This document shows positions 1 through 12,775 of a stretch of DNA of 64,000 nt, one piece after another. The stretch is from Okamejei kenojei (lineage: Eukaryota). Location: contig CM069141.1 of assembly GCA_035221665.1 (NCBI GenBank), positions 41,974,001-42,038,000 of the forward strand, read 5' to 3'. Each line of letters starts with the position of its first letter. The first letter of the stretch is position 1. Below the pieces are notes generated by a model. The model did not search any database. It saw only the letters and a list, made by a program, of their open reading frames with translations, and was not told the DNA's origin. The position numbers and the translations under genes are program-made.

Positions 1-300
1 CCAAAGTGCAACACCTCACACATGCTCAGGTTTGAATCCATCAGCCATTTCTGCAACAAATCTATATCCCACTGTATCTTCTCACAGCATTCCTTACTGT
101 TTGCAACTTCTCCAATGTTGATGTCATCAGCAAACTTACATTTAGGTCATTGATATATATCATAAACTGCAGAGGTCCCAGCTGAGATCTCTATGGAGGT
201 CCACTGGTGACAGACATCCAGGCAAAATATCTACCTTCCACCACAACCATTTTCTATGAATAAGCTAGTTCTGAATCCAAATCTATGTATCTGTCCAAAT
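1..300 (-). mobile_element. CR1-type LINE RT fragment (degraded)
   Basis: The reverse complement contains a KFADD-like motif (gatgtcatcagcaaactt at ~120-138). Its paralog is part of the minus-strand CR1 at ~54580-55200. Confidence 0.7.
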
Positions 301-1719
301 GTCGATTATACATTGTAACTGTAACTACCTCAACTACTTCCTGCGGCAGCTCGTTCAATTTCTCCGAGGTGAATATGCAACATCCCAAGGTATTATTTCA
401 AAGAACAAGAAATATCCTCAGTTCTTGGCCAATAATCAGTCCTTAATTAAAATCAATTTAAAAATCTACATCGCAATCTATATCTCATAATCACCACATT
501 CTTGTCTGTAGAAACTGGCTTTCCATTTGTTGTTTGTACTTTGAAATCTCCTGACAGTTTTAAAAATACTTGATAAAATGTATGTCCCATTTCACTTTAA
601 TCACAAATATTTCCCAACTACATTTTGCAATACTTCACACAATTTAAATCCATGATATTTCATGTTGTTCTAATAGAAACATTAAACATTTTGTATTAAA
701 AGCAATTTCAAGGCATCCTTATCCACTTTGATCAGCTGCAGTCAAATCATGCAGTCTATGGAAATAGAAATATATTGCAACAGACATTAGAAGACAACTT
801 GTCATAGTTTGAACTTTTAGTCTGACCTTCAAATGTAGAAGCTGTGACAGAGTTTGTATCCTGTGCACGGAGAGACTCATTTGTGGTTAAAGGATTTTGT
901 GTGGTGATCTCTGGAACAGAAGAAATAATAATTTATTGTGCTGGTGCTGGTGAAGACATGTTCTGTCTCACTCACTGCTTTGCCACATATTGCATCAGCA
1001 TCATTCAGCTCACACACAGCTAACCCACTGGGTAGAATATAGAACCAGTGATTGTGGTGTTTTAGATCATTCATAGGGCCTTTCCAGATTTTCCACATTT
1101 AAAAATAATCATAATCCATTGGATTGTACTTACTGATGTGCACTCATTATCAAAGGTAAACAGCGTATGAGTAAACATTTTATTTTGAATTGGAAGCCTG
1201 AAGGTGGTGGGTGCAATGGGTCTGCCAGGACAGTGCAGCTGGTTGATCTCGGGGAAGCACTGGAAGTGGAACTGTGTGTGATGACGGGACTAGAAGTTGT
1301 CCAAAGAGTAAGAGGCTATAGGTGAGGCACTAAATGCTAACTTTGCATCTGTATTCATCAAGTAGAAGGACACGGAGGATAGTGGTCTATGACTTATGAA
1401 AATTGAAACACGAGGGGAAACCAAGGCAATGAACTCCACGCAGGTGGCACTGGTCAGGATCGAACCCGAATCACTGCAGCTGTGGGTAAACTGTGCTAAC
1501 AGCAACATCGTTGCGATGTCAGGAATGATACAGATATATGTAACATTGAGCTGTCTACAGTCCAAATTCACTAACACGTCTTGAAACAGTCCAAAGATCT
1601 TCACATGGCAACAAAACTAGCCAAGTCTTTGGGTATTTTTAAAGCGGAGATTGACATGCAATAACATATTATTGTGTAAATAATTATGGAAATCGGGATA
1701 AGCGTGAGAGACATTTAGC

Positions 1720-2220
1720 CTACATCAGAATTCCAAAAGTAAGGAGAAATGACGGTAGATAGAAGCAAGAGCTGAAGGGACAACAACAGCCAGAGTGCTT
1801 GGCGAACTTTGGCCATTTGCTCACTGCATTTCATCAACTAAGGCATTATTTGTGTTTTTTCTTGATTTCTTTGGCATCTAAAAAGTTTCAGAAGTGATAA
1901 ATCTGGCTGTAAAATCTAAAAATCGCCCATGGTTCTCAAGTGGGTTTTTACATACAAAATGAAAACGCCTCTGAAGCAAAATTTACAGTCAGATGTATCA
2001 CTTCTGAGACTTTTTAGATACCAAAGGAATCAAGAAAAACCACAAAAAATGCCTTACTGTTGATGAAATGCAGTGAGCAAACGCGATCATTCCCAATATT
2101 TTCAATTCCGATATCTGCACGGCCAATGTTCGCCAAGCACTTTAGCTGTTGTTGTCCCTTCAGCTCTCGCTTTTCTTTACCTTCATTTCGCTTCATTTCT
2201 GGAATTCTGAAGTTGGGTAC
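1720..2220. mobile_element. Fold-back remnant of a THAP-domain DNA transposon
   Basis: ORF 2014-2244(-) gives FRIP...LANIGRAD...RVCSLHF, a THAP zinc-finger signature. 1720-1898 is an imperfect inverted copy of ~1995-2215. Confidence 0.6.
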
Positions 2221-2365
2221 ATGTCCACACAGTGCGAACTCCACACAGGTGGCACTGGCGGTTAGGATCGAACCTGGGTCACACAGCTGCGAGGAAACTC
2301 TGTCAACAGCAACATCGTTGCGACGGCAGGAATGAAACAGAAACGTGTAACATTGAGCTACTTAC

Positions 2366-2713
2366 CATCCAAAACCAGGAGATTCAAATTCACTTTAACA
2401 TCATTAAACAGTCCAGTGATCGCCACACGGCAGCAATACCAGCCGCCGTCTTCTTTCCGGAGCTGATTTATCGTGAGCGACAAGTTTCCTTGCTCAATGT
2501 TACCACCAAGCTGATATTTCTCGGATCGTGCTGAAGTTACTGTTGCTCCGTTTGTTTGAATCAGTTCAGCTCCACAGCCAAAGGTCGGGCACTCTCCCCG
2601 ACCCCAGCACATCGCAGTTTTACCATACTTTCGGACAGAGAAGTGGCACGGCAGAGTGATCGCCTGTCCCGGGTATCCTCGCACTGGTGATCCAGTGGCA
2701 AGGGCCACTCGAC
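2366..2713 (-). CDS. TIM/HAVCR-family receptor, IgV exon (copy A)
   Basis: 348-bp phase1-phase1 exon with canonical sites (tttcag|GT...GATG|gtaagt). It has the six-Cys TIM IgV pattern LPC..MCWGRGEC..FGC..YCCRV..FND. Downstream exons of this copy would lie left of the window. Confidence 0.93.
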
Positions 2714-3134
2714 CTGAAACAGTCCGGGGAAAGACAGTTGTAGCCGGCGCTGAGTGATGAGATAGGGAGTGGCCACAGTGTGACAACCCGTCCCAGTTCT
2801 GAGAAAATGAGCCCGTTACCACTGGCGGCAATTGGGAATATTGTGAAAGGGTTTCTATTTATCGGGATGTGCGTATTGCAGGCAGATCCAGTGTTTACCC
2901 CCCAGCCCCATTTTATCCCAGGGTAAGTGGTGGCGAGCGGCCGTCTCCAATCGTGCAATTCTGTAGCAGCTTTGACACAACCGGTCGGCTTGTGAAGTAA
3001 TTTCAGAGACTGACACGGGGACATATGGGACAGGGACCGACACACATTGTGTTCCCTGAATGACTCCTGGGAAGCAAATATTTTCCTCTCTTGACATTTT
3101 GTTCACATTTCATTTCATTACATTCCAAACTCCC

Positions 3135-3275
3135 CGGGTAGGACCGGAACAAACAATTGGTTGTTAAAGAAGGAACTGCAGATGCTGGAGAATCTGAGTT
3201 TCTCTGAGTTTCTCCAGCTTTTTGTGTAACCACCGGAACAAACAACTCGGACCACAGCTCCAGCCTTAGGTCCAT
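3135..3275 (-). pseudogene. Candidate leader (signal peptide) exon of TIM copy A, interrupted and frameshifted
   Basis: caaATGG Kozak context; MDLRLELWSELFVPV(LP)G. An 89-bp insertion (including one copy of the 14-bp direct repeat accggaacaaacaa, 3143-3156/3232-3245) interrupts it. The expected phase-1 donor reads GGGAGT instead of GTGAGT. Confidence 0.5.
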
Positions 3276-3508
3276 TTGTCCGTTAACAAACCCATTGAAC
3301 TGCCAAAAACAGTGGAACGGATTCGGAGCCGAATATCCTCGATGCCGCCAGATCAGCGCCGACCTGAACTTCAACTCCAACCCCGTTAGTTCACCCCTCG
3401 ACCTTCTCAACTCCAGGGGATGGAGCCCGTCCTCACGATCAGACCCGGATCACTCGGTGACTCGGCTGTACCCCCTCGGTTACACACAGACACACACATC
3501 TCACTTAC

Positions 3509-3568
3509 CCAGGGGGTTTGAATAACACGATTGGACAAACTAATTCAATTCCTGACTCGGAAACGTAC
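3509..3568 (-). other. Candidate 5'UTR exon of TIM copy A
   Basis: tttttttag|GTACG...CTGG|gtaagt, 60 bp, no ATG; conserved at 58396-58455. Confidence 0.45.
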
Positions 3569-3686
3569 CTAAAAAAATAGATACTACGATCAAATGAGCC
3601 ACACCGCCAGTAACAACCATCGCGCTGGACACTGTAGTGCTGGCGTAACTCAGCGGGTCAGGCAGCATCTATGGAGAGAAGGAATA

Positions 3687-3720
3687 GGTGACGTTCCGGG
3701 TCCGGCCCCTTCTTCAGACT
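3687..3720 (-). ncRNA. Degenerate minimal hammerhead ribozyme motif in a Penelope-derived repeat
   Basis: Reverse complement agt-CTGAAGA-aggggccggaccc-GGAA-cGTC-acc; the GAAA box is mutated to GGAA. Paralog at 58574-58607. Confidence 0.5.
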
Positions 3721-4169
3721 CGAATGCACTGTCTCGGCCGCTCTCTGAGCTGTTGCTGGGCCACATCCTGTCCTGTGGCTGTTGTTTCCTACTTGACGTG
3801 GACACGAGTTTGCTTCACAGTATTGTTAATGAATTGAGTAAATTGAGGCAAATCATATCAGACACTCGGTTCCTGCTCTGGCGTTACATCAATATCCAAC
3901 GCGCATAAATTACAACCTCCTTCCGCGTTGCTGTCAGTTTAAATCCTCAGATCACTGGTGACAAAATGCACCGAGCAGATCTCGTGTCTGTCCTGTGCAG
4001 TAGCAGCAGGAAGAGTGAAAATGTTGCCAAGTGCCGACTGGCTGGTCGCTGATCCACCTGAGTCCTGGAATTTAGTGCCACTTTTCAATGTTTTATTTGT
4101 GAAGAGAAGGCGATGAAATGGGGAGAAGGCGAGAGTCTCCGGGAAACTGAGATAATATTTCTAGCATTT

Positions 4170-4605
4170 TTTATAATCATACTTTATTAGCCAAGTATGT
4201 TTTGCAACATATGAGGAATTTCATTTGCCATACAGTCATACCAATAAAAAGCAACAGAACACACAAAATACATTTTAACATAAACATCCACCACAGTGAC
4301 TCCTCCACATTCGTCGCTGTGATGGAAGGCGAAAAAATGTTAACTCTCTTCCGCTTCTTTGTTCTCCCGCAGTCGGGGGCCTCAAGCCTACCGTTGACCG
4401 GATGATCTAGGCTCCCGCAGCCAGTGGTCGGGCCCTCCGTGTCGGGGCAATCAAGCTCCTGCATCGGGGGGGGGGTCTCAGCTCCCCCGCGACGGGTGAT
4501 CTGACTCTGGGTCGGGGCTGGTGCGACCTCCTAGTTGGTGAAATCTGCAGTTGGAGCGTCGATCGAGGCAAGGGCTTGGCTCCAATGGTAAGTCCACATC
4601 CCCGT
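4170..4605 (-). mobile_element. CpG-rich unclassified non-autonomous repeat (truncated)
   Basis: Shares the cacagtga...cactgtg hairpin core and an AATAAA-bearing 3' end with 13280-14020, 16484-17311 and 52520-53330. Confidence 0.6.
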
Positions 4606-4739
4606 CAGTTTCTATTATCACTCCAGGCTGCACTAACGGTTTCATTCTGCACACCCTGCACAACACTGGAGTCTCTAAACTGGAATAATGTGAGCCCCAA
4701 AACTGGTTTATCCTGGGCTGGTGTTATAACCATGACATT

Positions 4740-5390
4740 AGAAATGGTAATACAAGTGGATAGAGTGGTAAAGAAGGCATATGCTATGCTTGTTTTTCAT
4801 AGGTTGGGACATTGAGTATAAGAGTCAAGAGTATAAGATTAGCTCTACAGAACTTTGGCTGGGCTGCATTTGGAGTATTGTGTGCATTTCTGGTTGTCCC
4901 CGTGACGGATGTGGAGACTTTGGAAAGGGTGCAGAGGAGGTTTACCAGAATGATACCTTGATCAGGGGGTATTAGCTGCTGGGAGACGTTGGACAGACTT
5001 GGATTGTTTTCTGTGCAACACTGGAGATTGCGGGCAGAAATGATAGAAGTATCGACAATTATGAGGTGTAGATTGGGTGGATGGTCAGAATCTCTATCCG
5101 AGGATGGTAAAATCAAATACTGCAGGGCATAGTTTTAAGGTGAGAAGGACAAAGTTTAAAGGAGGTTTGCAGGGCAAGTTTTTTACACAAAGATGGTGAG
5201 CACCTGGAATGCGCTGCTGAAGGTAATGGTTGAAGCAGATACGTTAGTGGTATTTAAGAGACTTTCGAATAGACATATGGATATACAGGGGATGGAGGGA
5301 TATGCTTTATGTGCAAGTAGACAAGGGTTGGTCTTGGCATCATGCTTGGCTCAGATATTGTGCTGACCTGTTACATGTTTATGTTCTATG
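4740..5390 (+). mobile_element. CR1-type LINE 3' fragment
   Basis: Degraded QVDRVVKKAY / HLEYCV.F / LERVQRRFTRM motifs followed by a CR1-type 3'UTR. Confidence 0.85.
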
Positions 5391-6464
5391 ACTGATCCCT
5401 GTGCTGGGGTCAGACCCAGGTCCTCTTGGATATGGAAGTGGGTGTATCAGGTACGTGGTGCACTCCACCCCAACTCCCCCACTCCCAGCCCCCCAGGCAG
5501 CTCACCGCTAAAGATTAGCTGAATATCAGATCCCCAAGTAGGGGAATCGATTGGGGGATGAACGGCAGATAGGTGAGAGGAATAAGTGGTGTGAGGTGAG
5601 TGAGGAATTGGGGAAGTAATCAAAAGTGTGAGGATTGAGAGAAGTAAATGATCACGATGATAAGTTGAAGGAGTCCAAAGAGACTGCAGAACAAAACAGT
5701 TGATTTGGTTATGAGAGACATTCAGTTTCCTTTGAGGCGAAACAACTTGTCAAGCTGGGAAATGTGATGTGGGGATGATCACGGGGATCTCAATACAGAG
5801 AAGCAAAGGGAGATGAAGAGGAGCTTCGGGAAAGATCAGCAGGATTCATTCACAGTTGGCAACACTTTCTCCACATCACGTCAACAAAAATAAAACTTCT
5901 AAAACAGCAGCAGAGTGATGCTGGGTTTCCATTTGCACACTGCACTGGGTGGTGATCTGGAAGGTGACATAGGGATAGCAGAGGCACCTATCGCACCAAC
6001 TCTTGCCGTACTTTGGAAAATCAGACTATCTGCCAATATTCCTGCTTCCTGCACATTGGCAGTGACTGATGGGGATTACTCTGGCTGAGAGGATTTTACA
6101 GAGCTGGTCAGGGGAGGCAGTGGAGTGACATCTCAACTATTTGTAGTTGGTAGACTGGACTCAGCAATGGACCTGCACAAATACCCAATGGTTGTTACTG
6201 ACAAATATGTGGAGGAGTGCATACTTACTAATCAAAATTAAGATGAACAACATGACTGCTTTGTTGGTGGAAAGTTCAGGTTCATCACTATGAAGCAGTT
6301 AATTAATATTTCCCCTGATATTTACACTTGAAATATCTGTTGAAGCCACCCATTGCCCCACTAGAATCAACTTGTTCGTTACACAACGGCTTCTTACATC
6401 GGTGTCATTGTAACATTGCTGGTGTCAAAAAGGAAACCTTGTGTTTACATGAACAAATATTTCA

Positions 6465-6930
6465 TAAGTGATAGAAGCAGAATGTGGCCATTCAGCCCAT
6501 CAAGTCTACTCTGCCATTTAATCATGGCTGATCTATCTTTTCCTCTTAACTCCATTCCCCTGCCTTCTCCCCATAACCCCTGACACCTGCACTAATCAAG
6601 AATATACCTATCTCTGCTGTAAAAAAAATATCCATTGACTTACCACACAGCCTTTGGCAATGAATTCCACAGATTCACCACCCTCTGATTAAATAAATCC
6701 CTCTGCATCTCCTTCCAAAAGGTACGTTCTTTTATTCTGAGGCTATGACCTCTGGCCCTAGACTCTCTCACAAGTGGAAACATTCTCTCCACATCAACTC
6801 TATCCAGGCCTTTCAATATTCAGGAAGTTCCAATGAGGTCTAAACTCATTGAGTAGAGTAGAGGCCCAGTGCCGTCAAATGTTCAACATATGTTAACCTA
6901 CTCATATCTGGGATCAATCTCTTGCCATTT
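6465..6930 (-). mobile_element. CR1-type LINE 3' fragment
   Basis: Antisense CR1 3' end (ggccattcagcccatcaagtctactc...catggctgatc), homologous to 32810-33450. Confidence 0.8.
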
Positions 6931-8053
6931 AATACCACTCTCCAAACATAGCAAACATAACTCATCTCTGTGGATCCCTTCATTGACCTTGTAGCATCAG
7001 TTTTTGTACACTTCCATGCAGACCCTTACAACTAGCAAGTCCACAAAAACCTTCCACCTAACAGTTTGCACATCACATCAAATCTAATACCCAGACATCC
7101 TGGGAACAAACTTCCAAAGAATCACTACATTTGGGTGAAGTTCCTTCTCAAGAAGATCCTGAATAGACAACAATTTATTTAGAACTTTTCACCTCTGGTT
7201 CATAGCAATCCCACCCACCAGGAAAAATATTAATATAGTTTCTACCCTGTCCAAACTCCTCAGAAACAGTTTCTTAACAAAATAGAGACCTTGTCTAATC
7301 CAGGCTGTTATAATTGATAAATGTTGTCTAAAGGACAGAGGGAAATAGGAACAAACTATCAACAGGTTTCACACAGACAGAAGGAAGCAGTTTGTTAACT
7401 ACAGGTAATGACAGGTCGTTAACTGGACTGGTGTAAGGGACGCACCTTTCCCCAGACGGTGGAAAGGGGGTTGGAATGTGGAAGCACATTTCCACAGAAT
7501 GCAGGAGGGGAGTGGGAACTTCAGTTATATAGGACGTTGGTAAGACAATACAAGGCCATTATGTATGGGTTTGGTTTTCTATATTTTATAAAATTACATA
7601 CCTGCTGTAGGAGGAAATGTTAGCTTTATACATGTACCCTGGATCTGGCTTTGCTTGGGACCCTGCTCAGATAGAAGGAGAAACAGATAAAATATCTCCT
7701 AGTGGTAGTTTCTAAAATAATTTGGTTTATTGAAAGCATAATAGTGCACACTGTGAAACAATCTGAGAGAATTCAAAATGTTTCAGTGATTCACAGCACC
7801 CACAGCATTTTTATATTCTCATGACACAATGGTTACTTGTAGAAGCTATATTTTTGAAATAATTCATAATTGATCAATGTCTCTGTAACCTTTCATCTTT
7901 GTCTTTCCACAGAGTTATCTTTAACCTTGTTCCCTGCAATTTACAAAACCACTCTCATTTGTCTAACAACCCCAATGTTTATTTTGCCTAAACTAGTTGT
8001 GCTGTGGAACATAAACACCATGATAAATCTATTTATTGCCTCACTAACATCCT

Positions 8054-8293
8054 TAAGTTTAGTTTAGAGATGCGGCTCGGAAACAGACACTTCAGCCCAC
8101 CAAGTCTGCACCGACAAGCGATCCCCACAAATTAACACTATCCTACACAATCTTGGGACAATTTTACACATACACGAAGCCAATTAACCTACATACCTGT
8201 ATGTCTGGAGTGCGGGAGGAAACCGAAGATCTCGGAGAAAATCCACCGGTTACGGGGAGAACGTACAAACTCCATAGAGAAAGCACCCGTAGT
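8054..8293 (-). mobile_element. tRNA-derived SINE (HE1/V-SINE-like), head truncated
   Basis: (tttag)n tail on the plus strand; body matches the SINEs at 12776-13012 and 42559-42903. Confidence 0.85.
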
Positions 8294-8384
8294 TTTAAAT
8301 ACATTACAAACTACTCAACTTCCATATAACTTTCAAAATTCCCAACATGACCCGCGAAAGCGACAATGCAATGAATATTCACAA

Positions 8385-8930
8385 CATTGGTTCCTGGAAT
8401 GGCAACTATGATGTATGAGGAGATATTGCGTAGACCAAGACTGTATTCTCTCGACATTAGAAGAATGAAACATGCAAAATTCATGTAGGTCTCAATAGAC
8501 AATAGGTGCGGGAGTAGGCCATTCGGCCCTTCAAGCCAGCACCGCCGTTCAATGTGATCATGGCTGATCATCCACAATCAGTACCCCATTCCTGCCTTCT
8601 CCCCATATCCCCTGACTCCGCTATCTTCAAGAGCCCTATCTAGCTCTCTCTTGAAAGTATCCAGAGAACTGGCCTCCACCGTCCTCTGAGGCAGAGAATT
8701 CTACAGACTCACAACTCTCTGTGTGAAAAAGTGTTTCCTCATATCCATTCTAAATGGCTTACCCCTTATTCTTAAACTGTGGCCCCTGGTTGTTGGCTCC
8801 CCCTACATTGGGAACATGTTTCCTGCCTCTAGCCAGTCCAAACCTTTAATAATCTCCATTCTCTCAGCATATGACAGTCCCCCCATCCCGGGAATTAACC
8901 TTGTGAACCTTGTGAACCTTGTGAAGTGAG
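8385..8930. mobile_element. CR1-type LINE fragments (short plus-strand piece, then minus-strand 3' end)
   Basis: 8495-8925 is the reverse complement of the young CR1 3' end seen at 54100-54580. Confidence 0.8.
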
Positions 8931-11742
8931 GGTGCTGAAAAAATGTTTCTCTGGGGCAGAGTCCAGAAATAGTTGCAAAAAAAGGAGATAATTTCTGATG
9001 GAGGGTCTTTGACTTGAAAAGTTAACTCTGTTAATCTTTCTACTGAACTTACCCGAGCTGCATCTTTACAGCATTTTCTGTCCATACCTGTATTTCAGTA
9101 GGGAATTCAAGGACTGTTGGAAATGACATTTCTTCACTCACAGGGTGCTGACTCTTTCAAATTCACTATTCAGAGGGCTGCAGAGAATCCTAGTTGTCGC
9201 ATTCATTTAAAGCAGAGATTTGCAGAGTTTTGAAGACAAAGTGAATCAAAGATATATGGGCAGGGCGGAAAAATGAGGGCGCCGAGGGAAAAGATCAGCC
9301 AAGTTCTTGAAGATTCCCAAAGCAGACTTAAAGACAGTTCTTTGTTCACAACATAATAATTCAATGCGGAAATCAGAATTGTAACTAAAAGAATAGTTAT
9401 TACTGTCAAGGGAATAAATGGACATGCAGTCTGTCTAATCTGAGGCATGGAGAAGGTTTGTTGTTGGTTTAAATTTGACTCACTACATTTCTCGAGTCTT
9501 ACATTTACTTCCTGTTTCATTTATCAAATTAACGAGCAAAGATAAAACTGTCAATTCCCTCTTTCATACCACTTCCCCCTCATGATAACCCACAACAGTG
9601 CAGAGAAAGGGGCCACTCATTTATCACCAAACGTTTCCTTGTTTCAACTTTAGGCACTGGATTTAGAAAATTAGTGCTTGTAAATTTGAACATGGTGCCA
9701 TTTTGCTGCAGTGATGATCTAGCTCCTGTTCCTTAAAGTTTTGGTCCAATGCCCAATGCATTTTGAATGCAGCGTTTAGTGAATCTGTTAATGATTCAAC
9801 ATCATAGGATGTGAGTGACATTGTTCCCAAATTAAATTAGAAAAACTATAAGCTAATTTACCTTCACTGAAATAAAGTTGGGAAATGCTTCTCACACAAA
9901 CAGAGGTCAATGCTTCAAAGTCTATGTCATAAATTTATAGATGTTAAAATGAATTGACCTGCAAGCTTCTGCAGTGTATATTGACTGTAACTGTGTACAG
10001 AAGATCGACAATATATTACTCAATCAAGAAATATTACTTACAACAAAAAACAGGATACCCGACTCACAGAGAGAAGTGGTGTGAGTATTTTCTCTGTCTC
10101 CCCCTCTTCTCGCCAGTGCCAGTGTTGAACCAATAGGTCAGCCTGGTTCTGTTCAGCATGTGTTGAATAATTTCCTGCTACTTTCAGGTATCAAACCAGT
10201 CATTTTAACACAACTCAACCAGGTTACATGGCCACCCAAATTATAGATTTAATTGGAGTTTGAATAATTTCAAAGCTTTTCTTAAAAATCTACAGTCCTG
10301 TAGTTAGAAATCTGAAATAAAAGAGAAACTAGAAATATTCAGCAGTTCATTCAGTTTCTATGGGGAGATGACCACTCATAGGGACTCGATTAAGTTAAAA
10401 AGTCAGAAATCCAGTGTGTTCAATGTTACTGAGTATGGGGTGGGACGGGGAGGGCAAAGGGGATGTCAGTGATGGCGTGGTACCGGGAAGGACTGAATAA
10501 GATTTACTGTGACAGCAGTAGGAGACACACCACTTGCCTATTTACTTCTTACCTTCTCAATATCCAGCAAATACAACATTCCGTCCTGCAGAAGCAGAGA
10601 TACACCAGTGCCTCTTCTAATTCAGTCCCTTCCAATCAAGGCTCACAAAGTGATCACCTCTACAGCAGGAAAACTAAACTCAGGAATCGATAAGCACTTT
10701 GCAAAATCAGTCCACGGAGATGTCCATCAGTTTTAATTTGCCTGTCGCTGAACTTTTTATTGCCTTCCCTCACGGTGGAAAATGTTGATCCTGCTGTGGG
10801 GGGATGTTCATGTTAAATTCTATAATGTGTTGTGTCTTTTCTTCTTTATTTTGTATGGATGTATGGAAACCCAATTTATTTTATGTACAGCACTTTGGTT
10901 TCAACACGAGTTGGTTTAAAAGTGCTATATAAGTAAAAAATAGTTACTTACTTAAATCCCCTTTTCCACTGTCATTGTCCTCTTTCACTGTCTCAGTGAG
11001 GCCCAACAAAAGATCAGTGCACTTCATCACTTCTTCCAACTGGGCGCATCACAGCTGCAAGATTTCAACACAATTTCTTGGAAAATGAATACCAAGGATT
11101 CACCACCTTTTGGTTGAAATCATTTCTTCTCATCTAAGTCTTGAGTGGGTCCTTTTGTTGCAAATGTGTCCCTGATTCTGGATGCCCAGTTATGAAGGAG
11201 TATTCTGCTGTCCTGGGCATCTCTCTTCTGCCCTGAAGCCTGGAATGAATTTAAAAGCTAACAGAGGTGGGTATGATATCAGATACATAGTTATGGGACC
11301 AGGGTTTGAGCTGAATAACAATGATGCAGAGTATGGAAAATCCCATGAACAACTTCCCACAAGGAAATCCTTGCTGTGTAATGAGGCATGGAGGAGAGAC
11401 TGAATGGGACGTTGTCACCACCACACCCCTCAGTAATTGCACAACCTTTTAGCCTTAGCTGCCCAATCAATGTGCTGATATACACCATTTAGCTTTGAAA
11501 CAAATGAAATTCAGCATTAACGCTTCTAGCCCCACCACCAAGAAGGTAAAATATGGAAAAGGTTCATAGATGGGGGGAGATTATGACCTTGTATAACTTA
11601 CTGCAGAAGACTATACTAACACCTAAAATCTACCACAAATCTGCACACCCTTCTGTGTTAAACTGAGTAAACAAGGAAATATATTGCATTGCCACTAATT
11701 CAGAAATGTAGAAGTTTACACCAGAATTTATCTGTGAAGTTT

Positions 11743-12313
11743 ATCACGGGATGCATAAAGACAACGCCAGTCCCGTGCCTCTACGCCCTAGCTGCTTTTG
11801 CCCCCCCCCCTATCAGACGATCCATCGTCGCCCAAGACGAGCGGAGAGCACAGGAGATCGATACCAGGCACCCCCTGCACGGACACACAGCACCTCCACC
11901 CCGACTGAAATTCAGAGCCAGTTTCTTGCAGACAGTCCCACCTCTCCAGACAACCGAAGAAACAGCAAGGACCAACATCTCGAAAGATGAATGGAACCAG
12001 CTCAACACACGAGCCCACGACTGGATGGAGAGAGGAATCACTCCAACTGAATGCCTCCCACGGCCAACCTGGAAGACCCTCAACAGATTACGAGTGGAGC
12101 AGGGGTGGTGCAAAGCACTTATGAAAGCATGGAACTACCAGGCAGAAGACACATGCAGCTGTGGAGCAGTACAGATAATGTCCCACCTACTGGAGTGTGA
12201 CGACGCCCCCCAGTGCAGCCCCCAGGACCTGGCTGAACCTACCCGACCAGCTGTGACCTGCGCCAGATACTGGCAGAACGACATCTGAGATTGCAATTGA
12301 CTCGAAGAAGAAG
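11743..12313 (+). mobile_element. 5'-truncated non-LTR retrotransposon (Vingi/Ingi- or RTEX-like C-terminus)
   Basis: Stop-free ORF ITGCIKTTP..APPPIRR..WKTLNRLR..CSCG..HLLEC ending at 12288, a (gaa)n tail, and a perfect 13-bp TSD atctgtgaagttt (11730-11742/12314-12326). Clade assignment is from recall only. Confidence 0.8.
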
Positions 12314-12775
12314 ATCTGTGAAGTTTCTTCTTATGTATTTTCTGTTCTTCCCTCGTCTTGAAAATGCCATCTCCAACTGGGTACCACCTCAGCTCGGTGC
12401 TGAATGAAACATTGAACTCAGTCCCTCTTCTACATCAGAAGTGTGGAAGAGAGGCTTTGGTGTCCCTTAGAGCAGAGTTTTCCTGCTCTCCTTGTTATAT
12501 TCATCATTTTTGCATTTATAGTTATTCATTTCACTGCTCTTTGTAGGACTGCTCACAAAATGGTCATCATAGTTGTCCAGAAAGAAAAACAAAGATTAAT
12601 AGGCTGCCAGAGATTAAGGTAATTGACAAACAAAATACTTATGACAGAAATATAATGTTTCTTTCCACTTGAGATGCATTTTCAACCCTTCTGGTCTAGT
12701 GATTCAATGCCACATAAATGTGTGGAATTTCTCCATTTAACTTGAAAATGGGCACTCTGTTGTACAGACTGTGCT

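Larger units (their letters stand above)
1..6522. repeat. Segmental (tandem) duplication, copy A; continues beyond the left window edge
   Basis: Base 1 (ccaaagtgcaacacctcacacatgctcagg) recurs at 54909. The two copies are collinear to ~5980, then 5981-6522 matches 62621-63182. The ORF track shows the same ORFs in both copies. Confidence 0.97.

Noticed and set aside
2366-2713. Assigning a specific gene symbol (HAVCR1, HAVCR2, TIMD4) or claiming positive selection
   Set aside because: Orthology needs a phylogeny, and 5 non-synonymous versus 2 synonymous changes is close to the neutral expectation.
2714-2831. ORF-track N-terminus MPPVVTGSF... as the real TIM start
   Set aside because: It starts at TTG and lies upstream of a canonical acceptor, so it is intron read-through.
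9203-9520. ORF with a hydrophobic stretch (FIPLTVITILLVTILISAL) as a TIM TM exon
   Set aside because: No convincing donor follows it, AT-rich DNA readily gives such stretches, and a better TM exon lies at 32611-32716.
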